64,000 bases of DNA from an uncultured Solirubrobacteraceae bacterium (GCA_963720975.1 CAVRHJ010000007.1:417995-481994), one strand, 5' to 3'; shown: positions 1 to 9,510, numbered from the stretch's first letter. The notes: generated by a model not told the origin, from the letters alone. Numbers and translations: made by a program.

Positions 1-954
1 CGCGGCCAGGAACAGCGCGAGGCGAGCGGCGAGCAGCCAGTCGCGACGCACGAGGCCGATCAGGCGCTAGCGGGGCCGGTCACGGCGGATGAGGTCGAGG
101 CGGCGTTTGCCGGGCCGGGGACGGAGGGCGTGCAGGAGGCGGCCGCGCACGACGACGAGCTGTCGTTGCGCCGCGGCACGGGCTTCGCGGGCTGGGTGTC
201 GGGGATCATGCTGTCGGAGCAGACGCTGCTGAACGCGGCCGTGCTGACGGTCGCGGCGACCGCGCAGAACAAAGCCCTCGTGGGCATCGTGTTCGACGTG
301 CTGCTGATCGCGCGCGCGCCGCTGCAGCTGTTTCAGGCGATCCAGACGTCGCTGCTGCCGCATCTGACGGGCCTTGAGACGACCTCCGGCCACGCTGCGT
401 TCTCACGGGCGATCCGCGTGACGGTGCTGGCGATCGCTGCGTTCGCGACGGTCGTCGCGCTGGCGCTGCTGGCGATCGGGCCGTTTGTGATGGGGCACCT
501 GTTCGGGCAGCACTACTCCTACGGCCGTGTCGGTCTGGCGGTCGTGGGTGTGGGGATGGGGCTGCACCTGGTCTCGGGCGCGCTCAACCAGGCCGCGCTG
601 GCGCGCAACCGGGCGCGGGCGGCGGCGCTGTGCTGGGGGCTGGCAGCGTGTGCGTTCCTGGCTTGGATGTTGTCGCCGGCGATCGCCAACGAGCTGACGC
701 GCACGGAGGTCGGCTACGCCGGTGCGACGGGTCTGCTGGCGCTGCTGCTGTGGACCCTGTACCGCCAGGGTTCGGGCTCGCTTGCCCGCGGCCCGCGCCG
801 GCTGGCGAACGCACACCCGACGTCAGGGCAGCCCGCGTCGAGCTCCCCGGCTGCCGGTCAGTCGGCGTCAGGCTCCCCGACTTCCGGTCAGTCGACGTCG
901 AGTTCCCCGACTTCCGGTCAGTCGGCGCCGAGCGAGCGCACGATCGCGCCGTAG
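1..954 (+). CDS. Multi-pass membrane protein, polysaccharide-biosynthesis/MATE-like flippase, 5'-truncated by window edge
   Basis: Frame is open from position 1. About 6 hydrophobic helices; the LFQAIQTSLLPHL segment resembles Wzx/MurJ-like exporters. C-terminal tail is built from a 30-bp repeat. Confidence 0.55.
   Translation, partial: RGQEQREASGEQPVATHEADQALAGPVTADEVEAAFAGPGTEGVQEAAAHDDELSLRRGTGFAGWVSGIMLSEQTLLNAAVLTVAATAQNKALVGIVFDVLLIARAPLQLFQAIQTSLLPHLTGLETTSGHAAFSRAIRVTVLAIAAFATVVALALLAIGPFVMGHLFGQHYSYGRVGLAVVGVGMGLHLVSGALNQAALARNRARAAALCWGLAACAFLAWMLSPAIANELTRTEVGYAGATGLLALLLWTLYRQGSGSLARGPRRLANAHPTSGQPASSSPAAGQSASGSPTSGQSTSSSPTSGQSAPSERTIAP
817..936. repeat. 30-bp degenerate tandem repeat, about 4 copies
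   Basis: Units such as ccgacttccggtcagtcgacgtcgagttcc, encoding (P/S)xSGQSxSxS. The rpe stop codon lies in the 4th copy. Confidence 0.85.
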
Positions 955-1601
955 GCCTCGCCGGGGTCAGGGGAGCCGAAGATCGCCGAGCCGGCGACGA
1001 ACAGGCTCGCGCCCGCGTCGCGGCACCGTGGCGCGGTGTCGGGATCGACGCCGCCGTCGACCTCGACGGCCGCGTCCGCGCCGACGAGCGCCCGCACACG
1101 GGGGAGCTTGTCGAGCGAGTGCTCGATGAACGGCTGCCCGCCCCAGCCGGGGTTCACGGTCATGCACAGCGCCAGGTCGAGCACGCCGGCGACCTCGGCG
1201 AGCGCACCGACCGCGGTGGCGGGGTTGATCGCCAGCCCAACGCACGCGCCGCACTCGCGGATCAGGTTCGCGGTGTACGCGACGTGCGGGGTGGCCTCGG
1301 CGTGGAACGTGATCGAGTCGGCACCCGCCTTCGCGAACTCCTCCACGTGGCGCTCGGGGCGCTCGATCATCAGGTGCACGTCGAGCATTCCGCCGACGGC
1401 ATGGACCGTGTCCGCGATCGCGCCCGCGACCAGTGGGCCGATCGTGATCGGCGGCACGAAGTGCCCGTCCATGACGTCCACGTGGATCACCCGCGCGCCG
1501 GCCTGCAGCACCTCCTCGACCTGCTCGCGCAGGCGACCGAAGTCAGCCGACAGGATCGAGGGCGCGACGCGAACGCCGCGCAACAGCTCGGCGGCGCTCA
1601 T
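918..1601 (-). CDS. rpe: Ribulose-phosphate 3-epimerase
   Basis: APSILSADF, HVDVMDGHFVP, DVHLM, MTVNPGWGGQ, VDGG and FVAGSAIF motifs. Start moved to ATG 1601, which forms an ATGA overlap with the upstream ORF. Confidence 0.96.
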   Translation of the reverse strand: MSAAELLRGVRVAPSILSADFGRLREQVEEVLQAGARVIHVDVMDGHFVPPITIGPLVAGAIADTVHAVGGMLDVHLMIERPERHVEEFAKAGADSITFHAEATPHVAYTANLIRECGACVGLAINPATAVGALAEVAGVLDLALCMTVNPGWGGQPFIEHSLDKLPRVRALVGADAAVEVDGGVDPDTAPRCRDAGASLFVAGSAIFGSPDPGEAYGAIVRSLGAD

Positions 1602-1846
1602 ACGGCTTGCAGCATCGAGTCGCCGCAGTTGTTGCACTTCAGGATCGCGGTCGAGGACATGCGCACGATCGTCGAGTGCTCACCGCAGTTCGGGCATACC
1701 GATGTGAGCTCGAAGCGATGCAGGCAGTAGACGCAGCGGTAGCGGCCGGGAAGGTTGGTCGGACGCAGCCACGGCTCACCGCAGTTGGGGCACTGCGGCC
1801 CTAGGTCGATCGTCGTCTTGGCCGGCGTGTCTGGCTTGCCCTCCAT
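1598..1846 (-). CDS. Small zinc-ribbon protein with four CxxC pairs (82 aa), function unknown
   Basis: CPNC, CVYC, CPNC, CNNC. Starts 3 nt after the rsmB stop, and its TGA overlaps the rpe ATG. Confidence 0.8.
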   Translation of the reverse strand: MEGKPDTPAKTTIDLGPQCPNCGEPWLRPTNLPGRYRCVYCLHRFELTSVCPNCGEHSTIVRMSSTAILKCNNCGDSMLQAV

Positions 1847-1849
1847 GGT

Positions 1850-3232
1850 TCAGCTCTTTCGCAGACGGGCGATGAAGAAGCCGGCGGTGCGATCACGCGG
1901 CGGAAGCGTCAGCAGTGCTCGATCGGCCACGTGGGCCGCCTGGGCGTCCGCTGCGACAGCGTCGGACAGCCGCAGGCCGGGCAGCGAGTCGCCCAGATCA
2001 TCGAGGCCGAATTCGGGGTGGGAGTCCAGGAAGCCAGCGATCAGTCGCTCATTCTCAATTGGTGAGATCGTGCACGTAGAGTAGACAAGCACGCCACCCG
2101 GACGGAGGACGCCGGCCCCGGCGGCGAGGATCTTCGCCTGGACGCGCGCCATCTCGGTGATCGCTTCGGGCGTCACGCGCCAGCGTAGATCGGCCCGCGC
2201 CTGCAGTGTGCCGAGCCCCGAGCAGGGCGGATCGACGAGCACGCGATCGAACGCCGGCCCACCCGCGAGCGGCAGCTGGGCGTCGGCGACCTCGACGCGG
2301 ACGTTCGCCGCGCGCAGCCGACTCGCGCTGCGTACGAGCCCGCCGGCCCGTCGCCGGTCGTGCTCGATCGCGAGCACTTCACCGTGGCCCTGCATCAGCG
2401 CGGCGATGTGGGTGCTCTTGCCGCCGGGCGCGGCGCACAGATCGAGCACCCGCTCACCGGCGCGCGGCTCGAGCGCGCGCGAGACGAGCATCGCGCCGCG
2501 CGATTGCGCCAGGAACGCACCCTGGCGCCACAGCTCCGAGCCGTGGACGTCGAACGGCTCCTCTGTGACGAGCGCCTCCGGGAGCCGCGGGTCCCCGTGC
2601 GTGGCGACGGGTAGCTCGCCGGCCAGCGTCGGGGCGTCGGTGACGAGCGTGTTGGCGCGCAGCGCGAGCTCGCTCGGCTCGTTGTCGAAGGCCATCAGGG
2701 CGCGTGCCTGCTCGGCGCCGAGCGCGTCCCACCACAGCTGTGCGATCCACTCTGGGTGGGAGTGCTTGACGGCGGCCCGCTGCGGCGTCTCATCGGTCAG
2801 GCCTGCGATCAGCGTGTCCGGTCCCTCACGCGCGGCGCGGCGCAGCACGGCGTTGACCAGGCCATGCCCCGCTCGCGCGTTTGTCTTGGCGAGCTCGACG
2901 GCATCGGCGACCACGGCGTAGTCGGGAGACCCGCGCAGGTACAGCAGCTCGTACAGGCCGAGCCTGACAGCGGCGAGCAGCGGCGGGTCCAGGCGCGCGG
3001 CGGGACGATCGGCGAGCTGCTCGATCAGGTGATCGAGCGTCCCCTTGCGCTGGATCGCTCCGTAGGCCAGGCGCATCGCGAGCGCCCGGTCGCGCGTGTC
3101 CAGCTCTGCGGCCTCGGCCTGCAGGGCGCGATCGGCGTATGCGCCGCGCTCGAAGACCCGGCGAAGGATCGCGTAGGCGCACGCCCGAGCGGGGGCGATC
3201 GTGGCGGCGGATGGATTTGGCACTGCGCTCAT
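1850..3232 (-). CDS. rsmB: 16S rRNA m5C967 methyltransferase RsmB/Sun
   Basis: N-terminal NusB-like domain; VLDLCAAPGGKS, DPPCSG and YSTCT motifs; located downstream of fmt. Confidence 0.95.
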   Translation of the reverse strand: MSAVPNPSAATIAPARACAYAILRRVFERGAYADRALQAEAAELDTRDRALAMRLAYGAIQRKGTLDHLIEQLADRPAARLDPPLLAAVRLGLYELLYLRGSPDYAVVADAVELAKTNARAGHGLVNAVLRRAAREGPDTLIAGLTDETPQRAAVKHSHPEWIAQLWWDALGAEQARALMAFDNEPSELALRANTLVTDAPTLAGELPVATHGDPRLPEALVTEEPFDVHGSELWRQGAFLAQSRGAMLVSRALEPRAGERVLDLCAAPGGKSTHIAALMQGHGEVLAIEHDRRRAGGLVRSASRLRAANVRVEVADAQLPLAGGPAFDRVLVDPPCSGLGTLQARADLRWRVTPEAITEMARVQAKILAAGAGVLRPGGVLVYSTCTISPIENERLIAGFLDSHPEFGLDDLGDSLPGLRLSDAVAADAQAAHVADRALLTLPPRDRTAGFFIARLRKS

Positions 3233-3238
3233 GATCGG

Positions 3239-4570
3239 CTATCCGCTGCGGCTGAAGGCGCTGGGGGTGAGCACGGCGGCCAGATCGCTCGCCAGACGCT
3301 GCGCCTCGCCAGCGCTGAGCGTGGCCGTCGTCACACGGATGCCGGGCGCGGCGCCCGCGAGGCGGAATGGCGCTCCGGGTGCGACGACCCAACCACGCTG
3401 CATCAGCGCGCTCACGGCGGCGGCCTCGTCGTGAACCGGGATCCATACGTTCAGCCCGGATGCTCCGTGCGCGCGGACCCCCCCGCGCTCCAGCAGCCCG
3501 AGCAGCCTCTGGCGTCGCTCGGCGTACTCCTCAGCGGCCTGCTCGACGATCGCGCGCGCGTCCGGATCGGTCCACAGTCCGAGCACGAGCGTCTGCAGGA
3601 TGTGGCTGACCCAGCCGGGGCCGCACTGCTGTCGCCGCTGCACGCGGGCGATCGTCTCGGCGTCGCCCGCGAGCACCGCGAGGCGCAGATCGGGCCCGAG
3701 CGCCTTGGCGACCGAGCGCGTGGCCGCCCAGTGCAGACGAGCGGCCGCGAGCGTGTGCAGCTCGCTGCCGGCCACTGGCCCCAGGTGGTCGTCCTCGACC
3801 ACCAGTATCTCCGGGAAGTCGGCCAGGACCTTGCTCAGCTCACGTGCCCGCGTGGCGTCGAGCGCCGCGCCGGTGGGGTTCTGCCCGCGGGGGGTGAGGA
3901 TCGCAGCGACGGCGCCCCGCGAGAGCGCCCCGCGCAAATCGCCGGGGAGCATCCCGCGGTCATCGACCGGCACGGGCTCGAGCAGCAGGCCCTGTGCGCG
4001 CAGCAGGTCGTACAGCGCCGCGTAGCCGGGGTTCTCGACAGCCACCCGATCGCCCGGACGCACGTGCGCCTGAAGGACCCGCTCGATCGCGTCGAGAGCG
4101 CCGCTGACGATGCACAGGTCCTCAGCGGGGATGCCGTCGGCGGACAGCTGCGAGCGCGCGAGCTCGAGCAGCTGTGGCACGACCTGCGGCTCTCCGTACA
4201 GGCGGACGGGCAGCTCCGAGCGCTCCAGCGCGCGGCCGAGATTAGGTAGCAGCGCCGGGTCGGGATTGCCGCGCGAGAGGTCGCGGGCCCCGGGCGGCAC
4301 CGGCAGCGGCGACCACGATGATCCGATCGGCGGCCCCTGTCCGATGCGCGTTCCGCGCCGCGGCTCGGTCACCACGACGCCGCGGCGGCGCAGCTCAGCA
4401 AGGGCGGCTGCGACGGTCACCGGGCTGAGCCCGACATCGGCGGCCAGGCGCCGGACGGACGGGAGTCGCTGACCCGGCGAGAGCGCCCCGCTGGCCACGT
4501 CGGCCTCGATGCCGCGGACGAGCTCCGCTGCGCTGTCCGCCGTAATTCGATACTGTCTCAGTTCAGTCAC
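3239..4570 (-). CDS. MocR/GabR-family regulator (GntR HTH plus PLP aminotransferase-like domain)
   Basis: LPSVRRLAADVGLSPVTV HTH; ENPGY, QNPTG and VVEDDH motifs; SVAK lysine motif. Confidence 0.9.
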   Translation of the reverse strand: MTELRQYRITADSAAELVRGIEADVASGALSPGQRLPSVRRLAADVGLSPVTVAAALAELRRRGVVVTEPRRGTRIGQGPPIGSSWSPLPVPPGARDLSRGNPDPALLPNLGRALERSELPVRLYGEPQVVPQLLELARSQLSADGIPAEDLCIVSGALDAIERVLQAHVRPGDRVAVENPGYAALYDLLRAQGLLLEPVPVDDRGMLPGDLRGALSRGAVAAILTPRGQNPTGAALDATRARELSKVLADFPEILVVEDDHLGPVAGSELHTLAAARLHWAATRSVAKALGPDLRLAVLAGDAETIARVQRRQQCGPGWVSHILQTLVLGLWTDPDARAIVEQAAEEYAERRQRLLGLLERGGVRAHGASGLNVWIPVHDEAAAVSALMQRGWVVAPGAPFRLAGAAPGIRVTTATLSAGEAQRLASDLAAVLTPSAFSRSG

Positions 4571-4573
4571 TAT

Positions 4574-4589
4574 TCTGTACTATGACAGA
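4574..4589. promoter_or_regulatory. Candidate operator palindrome between the divergent mocR and PNPOx-family genes
   Basis: TCTGT-N6-ACAGA in the 34-bp divergent intergenic gap. Confidence 0.45.
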
Positions 4590-4604
4590 TTGGAGGGAAG
4601 CGTG

Positions 4605-5339
4605 ATGTCCGCCCCCCAGCCGCTTGACTCAGCGCCTGCTGTCGAGCCCACCCCCCAGCCGCCCGGCCCAGCGGCCGCTGCCGAGCCTGCCTCCGACCGC
4701 GTGCGACTGCGGCGCAAGCGCGAACGCGGCAGCTATGACCGCGCGAGCATCGACGCGATCCTCGATGAGGCCCTGATCGCACATCTCGGGATCGCCGACG
4801 AGGACGGCCAACCGTTCGTGATCCCAACGCTGCACGCCCGCCACGGTGACGTCGTCTACTGCCATGGGTCGGTCGCCAGCCGGACTCTGCGCGCGCTCGC
4901 GAGCGGGGCGCCGGCGTGCCTGACGGTGTCGCTGCTCGACGGGCTGGTGCTCGCGCGCTCGGCGATGCACCACTCGGCCAACTACCGCTCGGTGATGCTG
5001 ATCGGCAAGGCGAGGCTCGTCGAGGACGCGGACGAGAAGCACGCGGCGATGCAGGCTATTGTCGAGCACATTGTGCCCGGCCGCTGGAGCGAGGTGCGCT
5101 GGCCGGCGCCGAACGAGCTCAAGGCGACCGCCGTCCTGGCGATCCCGATCGAGCAGGCGTCGGCGAAGCTACGCACCGGACCGCCGCTCGATGACGGGGA
5201 GGACTATGCGCTGGGCGTCTGGGCGGGGGTGATCCCGATCGCGGCACAGACTGGTGCGCCCGAGCCGGACCCGCGTCTGCGCGCGGGCATCGCAGCTCCC
5301 GCATACACGACCGACTACCGGCGGCCCGGGAGCCGGTGA
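4605..5339 (+). CDS. Pyridoxamine 5'-phosphate oxidase-family (flavin-nucleotide-binding) protein
   Basis: RGSYDRASIDAILDE, HGSVASR, DGLVLARSAMHHSANYRSV. GGAGGG RBS at 4592-4597 precedes GTG 4602/ATG 4605. Confidence 0.88.
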   Translation: MSAPQPLDSAPAVEPTPQPPGPAAAAEPASDRVRLRRKRERGSYDRASIDAILDEALIAHLGIADEDGQPFVIPTLHARHGDVVYCHGSVASRTLRALASGAPACLTVSLLDGLVLARSAMHHSANYRSVMLIGKARLVEDADEKHAAMQAIVEHIVPGRWSEVRWPAPNELKATAVLAIPIEQASAKLRTGPPLDDGEDYALGVWAGVIPIAAQTGAPEPDPRLRAGIAAPAYTTDYRRPGSR

Positions 5340-5368
5340 CCACACGGCCGGGAGCCCCGGAACCGCGG

Positions 5369-6382
5369 CTACTGGCGCCCCGGCAGCCCGTGACCGCGTA
5401 GGTAGTCCGACGCGTCCATCGTGCGACCGCCGGCAGGACGCACGACGAGCAGCTCGAGCACACCGGGGCTGCAGTCGAGCAGCAGGCGTCCGTCGCGTAC
5501 GCTGGGGCCGCGCCGATCGGTCCGCGCGGCGAGCGCGCCAGCCAAGACGTCTGCTTCGGCGCCGGTCGACTGCCCGGCGGTCGGCACGCTCTCCGCGAGC
5601 GCCGCGCGTTGCACCCCCAGCAGCGTGCCGTCGGGAAGCTGCAACCTCGCTCCGATGTGCGGGTCGAGCGCGCGGACGGCACGCTCGAGCTCGCGCGCCG
5701 GCATGGCCGGGTCGAGCAGGCGATCGGTGGCGGCGATCTTCTCGGCGTAGGTCTCACCGTGTGCGGGCTGCTCGACGAACTCGGGGCGATCCTCCAACGC
5801 GCGTATCAGCAGCTCTCCGCCGAGCTCCTGCAGCCGCTCGGCAAGCGATCCGTAGGTGTCGTGCGGCCCGATCGGCTCGACTCCCGTCAGACACACCGGG
5901 CCGCTGTCAAGCCCGGCGGTGAGGCGCATGATCGAGACGCCCGTCTGCGCGTCGCCGGCCATGATCGCCCGCTCGATCGGCGCGGCGCCCCGCCAGCGCG
6001 GCAGCAGCGAGGGGTGGACGTTCAACAGCTCGTGCTCGGACAGCAGCGGCTGCTTGATCAGCGCACCGAAGGCGCACACGATGACCGCCCCACCACCCCC
6101 GCAGGAACAGTCGCCCGCCGTCGCCGGGGCTCCGCCTTGATGCCCGAGTGCACTGGCGATCAGCGCCCGGGTGTCGGGGTCGTTGACGTTCTCGGGCTGC
6201 TCGAGCGCCAGCCCGAGGGCGCGCGCCGTCTCGGCCACGGGCGGGGGCGCCAGCCGCCTGCCGCGACCGCTCGGGCGGTCGGGTCGGGTGAGCACCAGTG
6301 CAGGACGATGCGCCCCAGTGCTTGCCAGCCGCTCGAGGATCGCGGCGGCGAACTCGGATGTGCCGAGGAAGACCGTGCTCAA
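5369..6382 (-). CDS. fmt: Methionyl-tRNA formyltransferase
   Basis: VFLGTSEFA, TRPDRPSGRG, NVHPSLLPRWRGAAPI, LDSGP; follows def. Confidence 0.96.
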   Translation of the reverse strand: MSTVFLGTSEFAAAILERLASTGAHRPALVLTRPDRPSGRGRRLAPPPVAETARALGLALEQPENVNDPDTRALIASALGHQGGAPATAGDCSCGGGGAVIVCAFGALIKQPLLSEHELLNVHPSLLPRWRGAAPIERAIMAGDAQTGVSIMRLTAGLDSGPVCLTGVEPIGPHDTYGSLAERLQELGGELLIRALEDRPEFVEQPAHGETYAEKIAATDRLLDPAMPARELERAVRALDPHIGARLQLPDGTLLGVQRAALAESVPTAGQSTGAEADVLAGALAARTDRRGPSVRDGRLLLDCSPGVLELLVVRPAGGRTMDASDYLRGHGLPGRQ

Positions 6383-6406
6383 CGTCTCGGCTCTGCAGCG
6401 GCGCCG

Positions 6407-7096
6407 CTAGGCGGCGTTCGCCTTCGACTGCGCCTCGCGCATCGCGCGCATCGCTTCCTTGCGCGCCTGACGCGAGATGCGATCGAGGATCAGGACGCCG
6501 TTCAGGTGGTCGATCTCGTGCTGGATCACGCGTGCCTCGAGCCCTTCGGCCTCGATCTGCAGATCTTTGCCCCGCTCGTCTTGTGCGCGCACCCGCACAC
6601 GCGCGGGACGCTCGACCTCGACGTGCACGGCGGGCAGGCTGAGGCAGCCCTCGTCCCCCAGCTCGAGCTCCTCGCTGGTCCACTCGAGCACGGGGTTGAC
6701 CAGCGCGGTGAGCGGATCATCGACGTAAGCCTTGTAGACGAGCACGCGGTGCAGAACCCCGAGCTGCGTGGCCGCGAGCCCGACGCCGAGCGCGTCGTGC
6801 ATCAGCTCGCCCATCCGCTCGACCTCGGCCGCGAGATCCTCGTCAAAGCGTTCGACCGCCAGCGCGGTGGCACGCAGTACGGGATCGCCGAACTTGCGCA
6901 CACGGCGCAACGCGTCATCGCGTCGCGCGCGCGTCTCTGGGTCGAGCTCGGCGGGCGCGTCGTGCTCGCGCTCGACCTCGACGTCGGCCTCGACGTCGAC
7001 CTCGACATCGGCATTGGCACTGGCACCGGCGTTCTCGGAGATGGCGCCTGGGAGCTCGGGCGGCGCGTCGTTCTCGGCGGTTTCCTCCGTGGCCAT
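6407..7096 (-). CDS. def: Peptide deformylase with acidic N-terminal extension
   Basis: GVGLAATQ, EGCLS and QHEIDHL motifs. Real start taken as ATG 7096; the 646-aa track ORF is run-on. Confidence 0.93.
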   Translation of the reverse strand: MATEETAENDAPPELPGAISENAGASANADVEVDVEADVEVEREHDAPAELDPETRARRDDALRRVRKFGDPVLRATALAVERFDEDLAAEVERMGELMHDALGVGLAATQLGVLHRVLVYKAYVDDPLTALVNPVLEWTSEELELGDEGCLSLPAVHVEVERPARVRVRAQDERGKDLQIEAEGLEARVIQHEIDHLNGVLILDRISRQARKEAMRAMREAQSKANAA

Positions 7097-7143
7097 GACG
7101 GCCCAGTCTAAGAGCCGGGGCCGGCTTTCGCCTGTCGGCCCTG

Positions 7144-9510
7144 TCAGTGCTTGACCGCGGTCGAGCGCAATGTCGCGATCGTCCGGGCGGTGTGTCGGGC
7201 GCCGGCCGGATCGTGAGCGGCGAGCGTGACCGAGATGCGCAGCGAGCGCGAGCGAGCAAGCAGTCCACGCGCCTTGGTCGACAGGCGAAGCGTCACCTTC
7301 CTCGCGCTCCCGCCGGCAACGCTGAAGGAGCCACCGGCGAGCGTAAGAGCGCCACTCTGCGCCTTGCCGGAGCTCACGGCGCCTGCGTGCGCTGCGCCGA
7401 GCGTCCGTAGCGTGGCCGTGCCCTGGCAGCTCGACTCCCTCGGCGAGCAGCTGAGGGTGAGGACCACGCGGCCGGACGGGCCGGCCGACAGTGTCCTGCC
7501 GACCAGCTCGGCATCTGGAATCGCCGGGACGGCAGCTGCGTGAAACGCCGCGACTTCCTGCAGGTTCGCCGTCGCTGGCGCGCGTTCGATGCTGCCCGCC
7601 GGCCCAAGCCCCTGCGAGCCCTGTTTGGCTTCCTGTTCGGTGCGCTGGAGGGCGGCTTCTTCTTCGGCTCGAATCGCGCCGGAGGCTTCTTCTTTGCGGC
7701 GTTGTTCTTCGGCCGCGGCTTCTTCCGCGGACGACGGTGCGCTGACGAGGATCGACTGCGTCATCGCTGCGCTCCGCAGACCGTAGTTGTCGGTGACCAC
7801 CAGCGTGACGTCGTAGGTGCCTGGTGCCGCGAACGTGTGCGCGGGCGAGGCTCCGCTGCTGCCGTCGCCCCAGGTCCATGAGTAGCCGACAATCGAGCCC
7901 TCGGGATATGGATCGCTGGAAGCACCCGCCCCGAAGTCGGCCCGGGTTCCGGCGATGACCGAGGCGGGCGCCGTGATCGAGGCCGTCGGCAGCAGCGGCT
8001 TGAACGCGCCGAGCCCGTTGGGCGCGCCGACGCCGGACGGGCCGTCGAGACCGGGGGCCGCATTGCACGCGCTGGTCGCTTCGCAGTCGACGTGCCCGAA
8101 GCGGGACGGCGCTCTCGGATGTTCGCATTCCGCGAGCGGCTGGGCGTCGCAGAAGCCGTTCCCGCCTTCGGTAACGTCGAACAGCGCCGAGGGATCGCCG
8201 AGATGGCCGTACAGCGGGAGCGCCGAGTCCTCGATCCCAGCGTCGCCACCCGCGAGCGCGTATAGCGATGTGACGAGCGGCGTGGACAGCGAGGTGCCGC
8301 CGAGCGTCAGCCAGCCGCTGGCGCTGCCGATCCCGAAGGCTTCGCATTCGGCGCCGCAGTTGTAGGTGTCGAAAATGTCGAAGCCGGTGTCGGGGTCACC
8401 GACCGCGGAGATATCGGCGACGAGCCGTTTGCTGCCGCAGTCCGCCGCCGCGAACCCGGCCGCGCCCTGCTGCCACGCCGGAGCGGTGAACAGGGTGCTG
8501 CAGCCGCCGCCGCTCGCACCCTTAGCGCGGCGTTCGCGCAGGCCGATGCTGTCGCCGGGGCCGTTCTCGTTCCACACTGTCTCTTGCGCGCGCGTGCCGT
8601 CGGCGTTGAGCTCGAGCGAGGTCCCGCCGACCGCTAGGACGGATGGCAGCGACGCGGGCGTGGCTGGCATTTCAGCGGGCGCCTTGCGCTTGTTGACCAC
8701 GTCCCAGCCGTCATAGCCGTCATCGCCGGCCGCGGCAGCGATCACCACGCCGGCATGGCTGTACGCGGCCTGTTCGGCTTCCCCCTGCCCGCTCTCGGCC
8801 CCGGCGTAGGAGTTGGAGACCTCCGTCGCGCCCATGTTGACAGCCTGGTTCACCGCGAGTGCGAGGTCGCGGTAGCTGGGTTCGTTCGCCTCGACCAGCA
8901 GGACCTTGCAGTTGGGGCAGACCGCGTGCGCGGTCTCCACGTCGAGGGAGATCTCGACCGACCAGGCGGTGGTGTCGGCTCGTGGAAGCTTTTCGGGGTC
9001 GCCGGTCTGGCCGACCTTCTCGAAGCATCCGTTGGCGGCCGTGCAGGGTGCGAGGCCGTAGTGGCTGTCGAATTCGGCGAGGTCGTGTTCGATCGTGGGA
9101 TCGTCGAACGCGTCGACAATCGCGACTGTCTGCCCGACTCCACCGGCGGTCGGGTCGTAGGCGTAGGCGCTCGCCAGCTGTTCCGGCGTCAGACCGCCAG
9201 CCGGACCTGAGGAGGTGGCGCCGTCGTTGACCGTGTACGTGGTCGCTGCCGCAGCGGATGACGTAGGTGTCGAGCCGCTGGCAACGGGCGAGCGCAGCAG
9301 CGCAGTGCACGTCGCATGCCCGGGCTTGGGCGCTCGGCAGATCGAGCGGATCTGCGCGTGGCGTGTCCTGGCCGGGGAGACCGGGTGGCTCGCCGATGCC
9401 GTGGCGAGGACGCACAGACTCCAGGCGAGCATGGCACACGCGACCCCGAGACTGATCCGCCGGGTGCGCGCGCGAGGCGCCCTTGCAACCGTGCTCCGGC
9501 GTACCTGCAT
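7144..9510 (-). CDS. Secreted S53/S8 (sedolisin-like) serine peptidase with PKD domain, acidic linker and C-terminal beta-rich domain
   Basis: Signal peptide; EISLD, AAAGDDG and GGTSLSTP catalytic motifs; PKD signature WTWGDG...HTFAAPGTYDVTLVVTD; TACACT box 6 nt upstream of ATG 9510. Confidence 0.85.
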   Translation of the reverse strand: MQVRRSTVARAPRARTRRISLGVACAMLAWSLCVLATASASHPVSPARTRHAQIRSICRAPKPGHATCTALLRSPVASGSTPTSSAAAATTYTVNDGATSSGPAGGLTPEQLASAYAYDPTAGGVGQTVAIVDAFDDPTIEHDLAEFDSHYGLAPCTAANGCFEKVGQTGDPEKLPRADTTAWSVEISLDVETAHAVCPNCKVLLVEANEPSYRDLALAVNQAVNMGATEVSNSYAGAESGQGEAEQAAYSHAGVVIAAAAGDDGYDGWDVVNKRKAPAEMPATPASLPSVLAVGGTSLELNADGTRAQETVWNENGPGDSIGLRERRAKGASGGGCSTLFTAPAWQQGAAGFAAADCGSKRLVADISAVGDPDTGFDIFDTYNCGAECEAFGIGSASGWLTLGGTSLSTPLVTSLYALAGGDAGIEDSALPLYGHLGDPSALFDVTEGGNGFCDAQPLAECEHPRAPSRFGHVDCEATSACNAAPGLDGPSGVGAPNGLGAFKPLLPTASITAPASVIAGTRADFGAGASSDPYPEGSIVGYSWTWGDGSSGASPAHTFAAPGTYDVTLVVTDNYGLRSAAMTQSILVSAPSSAEEAAAEEQRRKEEASGAIRAEEEAALQRTEQEAKQGSQGLGPAGSIERAPATANLQEVAAFHAAAVPAIPDAELVGRTLSAGPSGRVVLTLSCSPRESSCQGTATLRTLGAAHAGAVSSGKAQSGALTLAGGSFSVAGGSARKVTLRLSTKARGLLARSRSLRISVTLAAHDPAGARHTARTIATLRSTAVKH

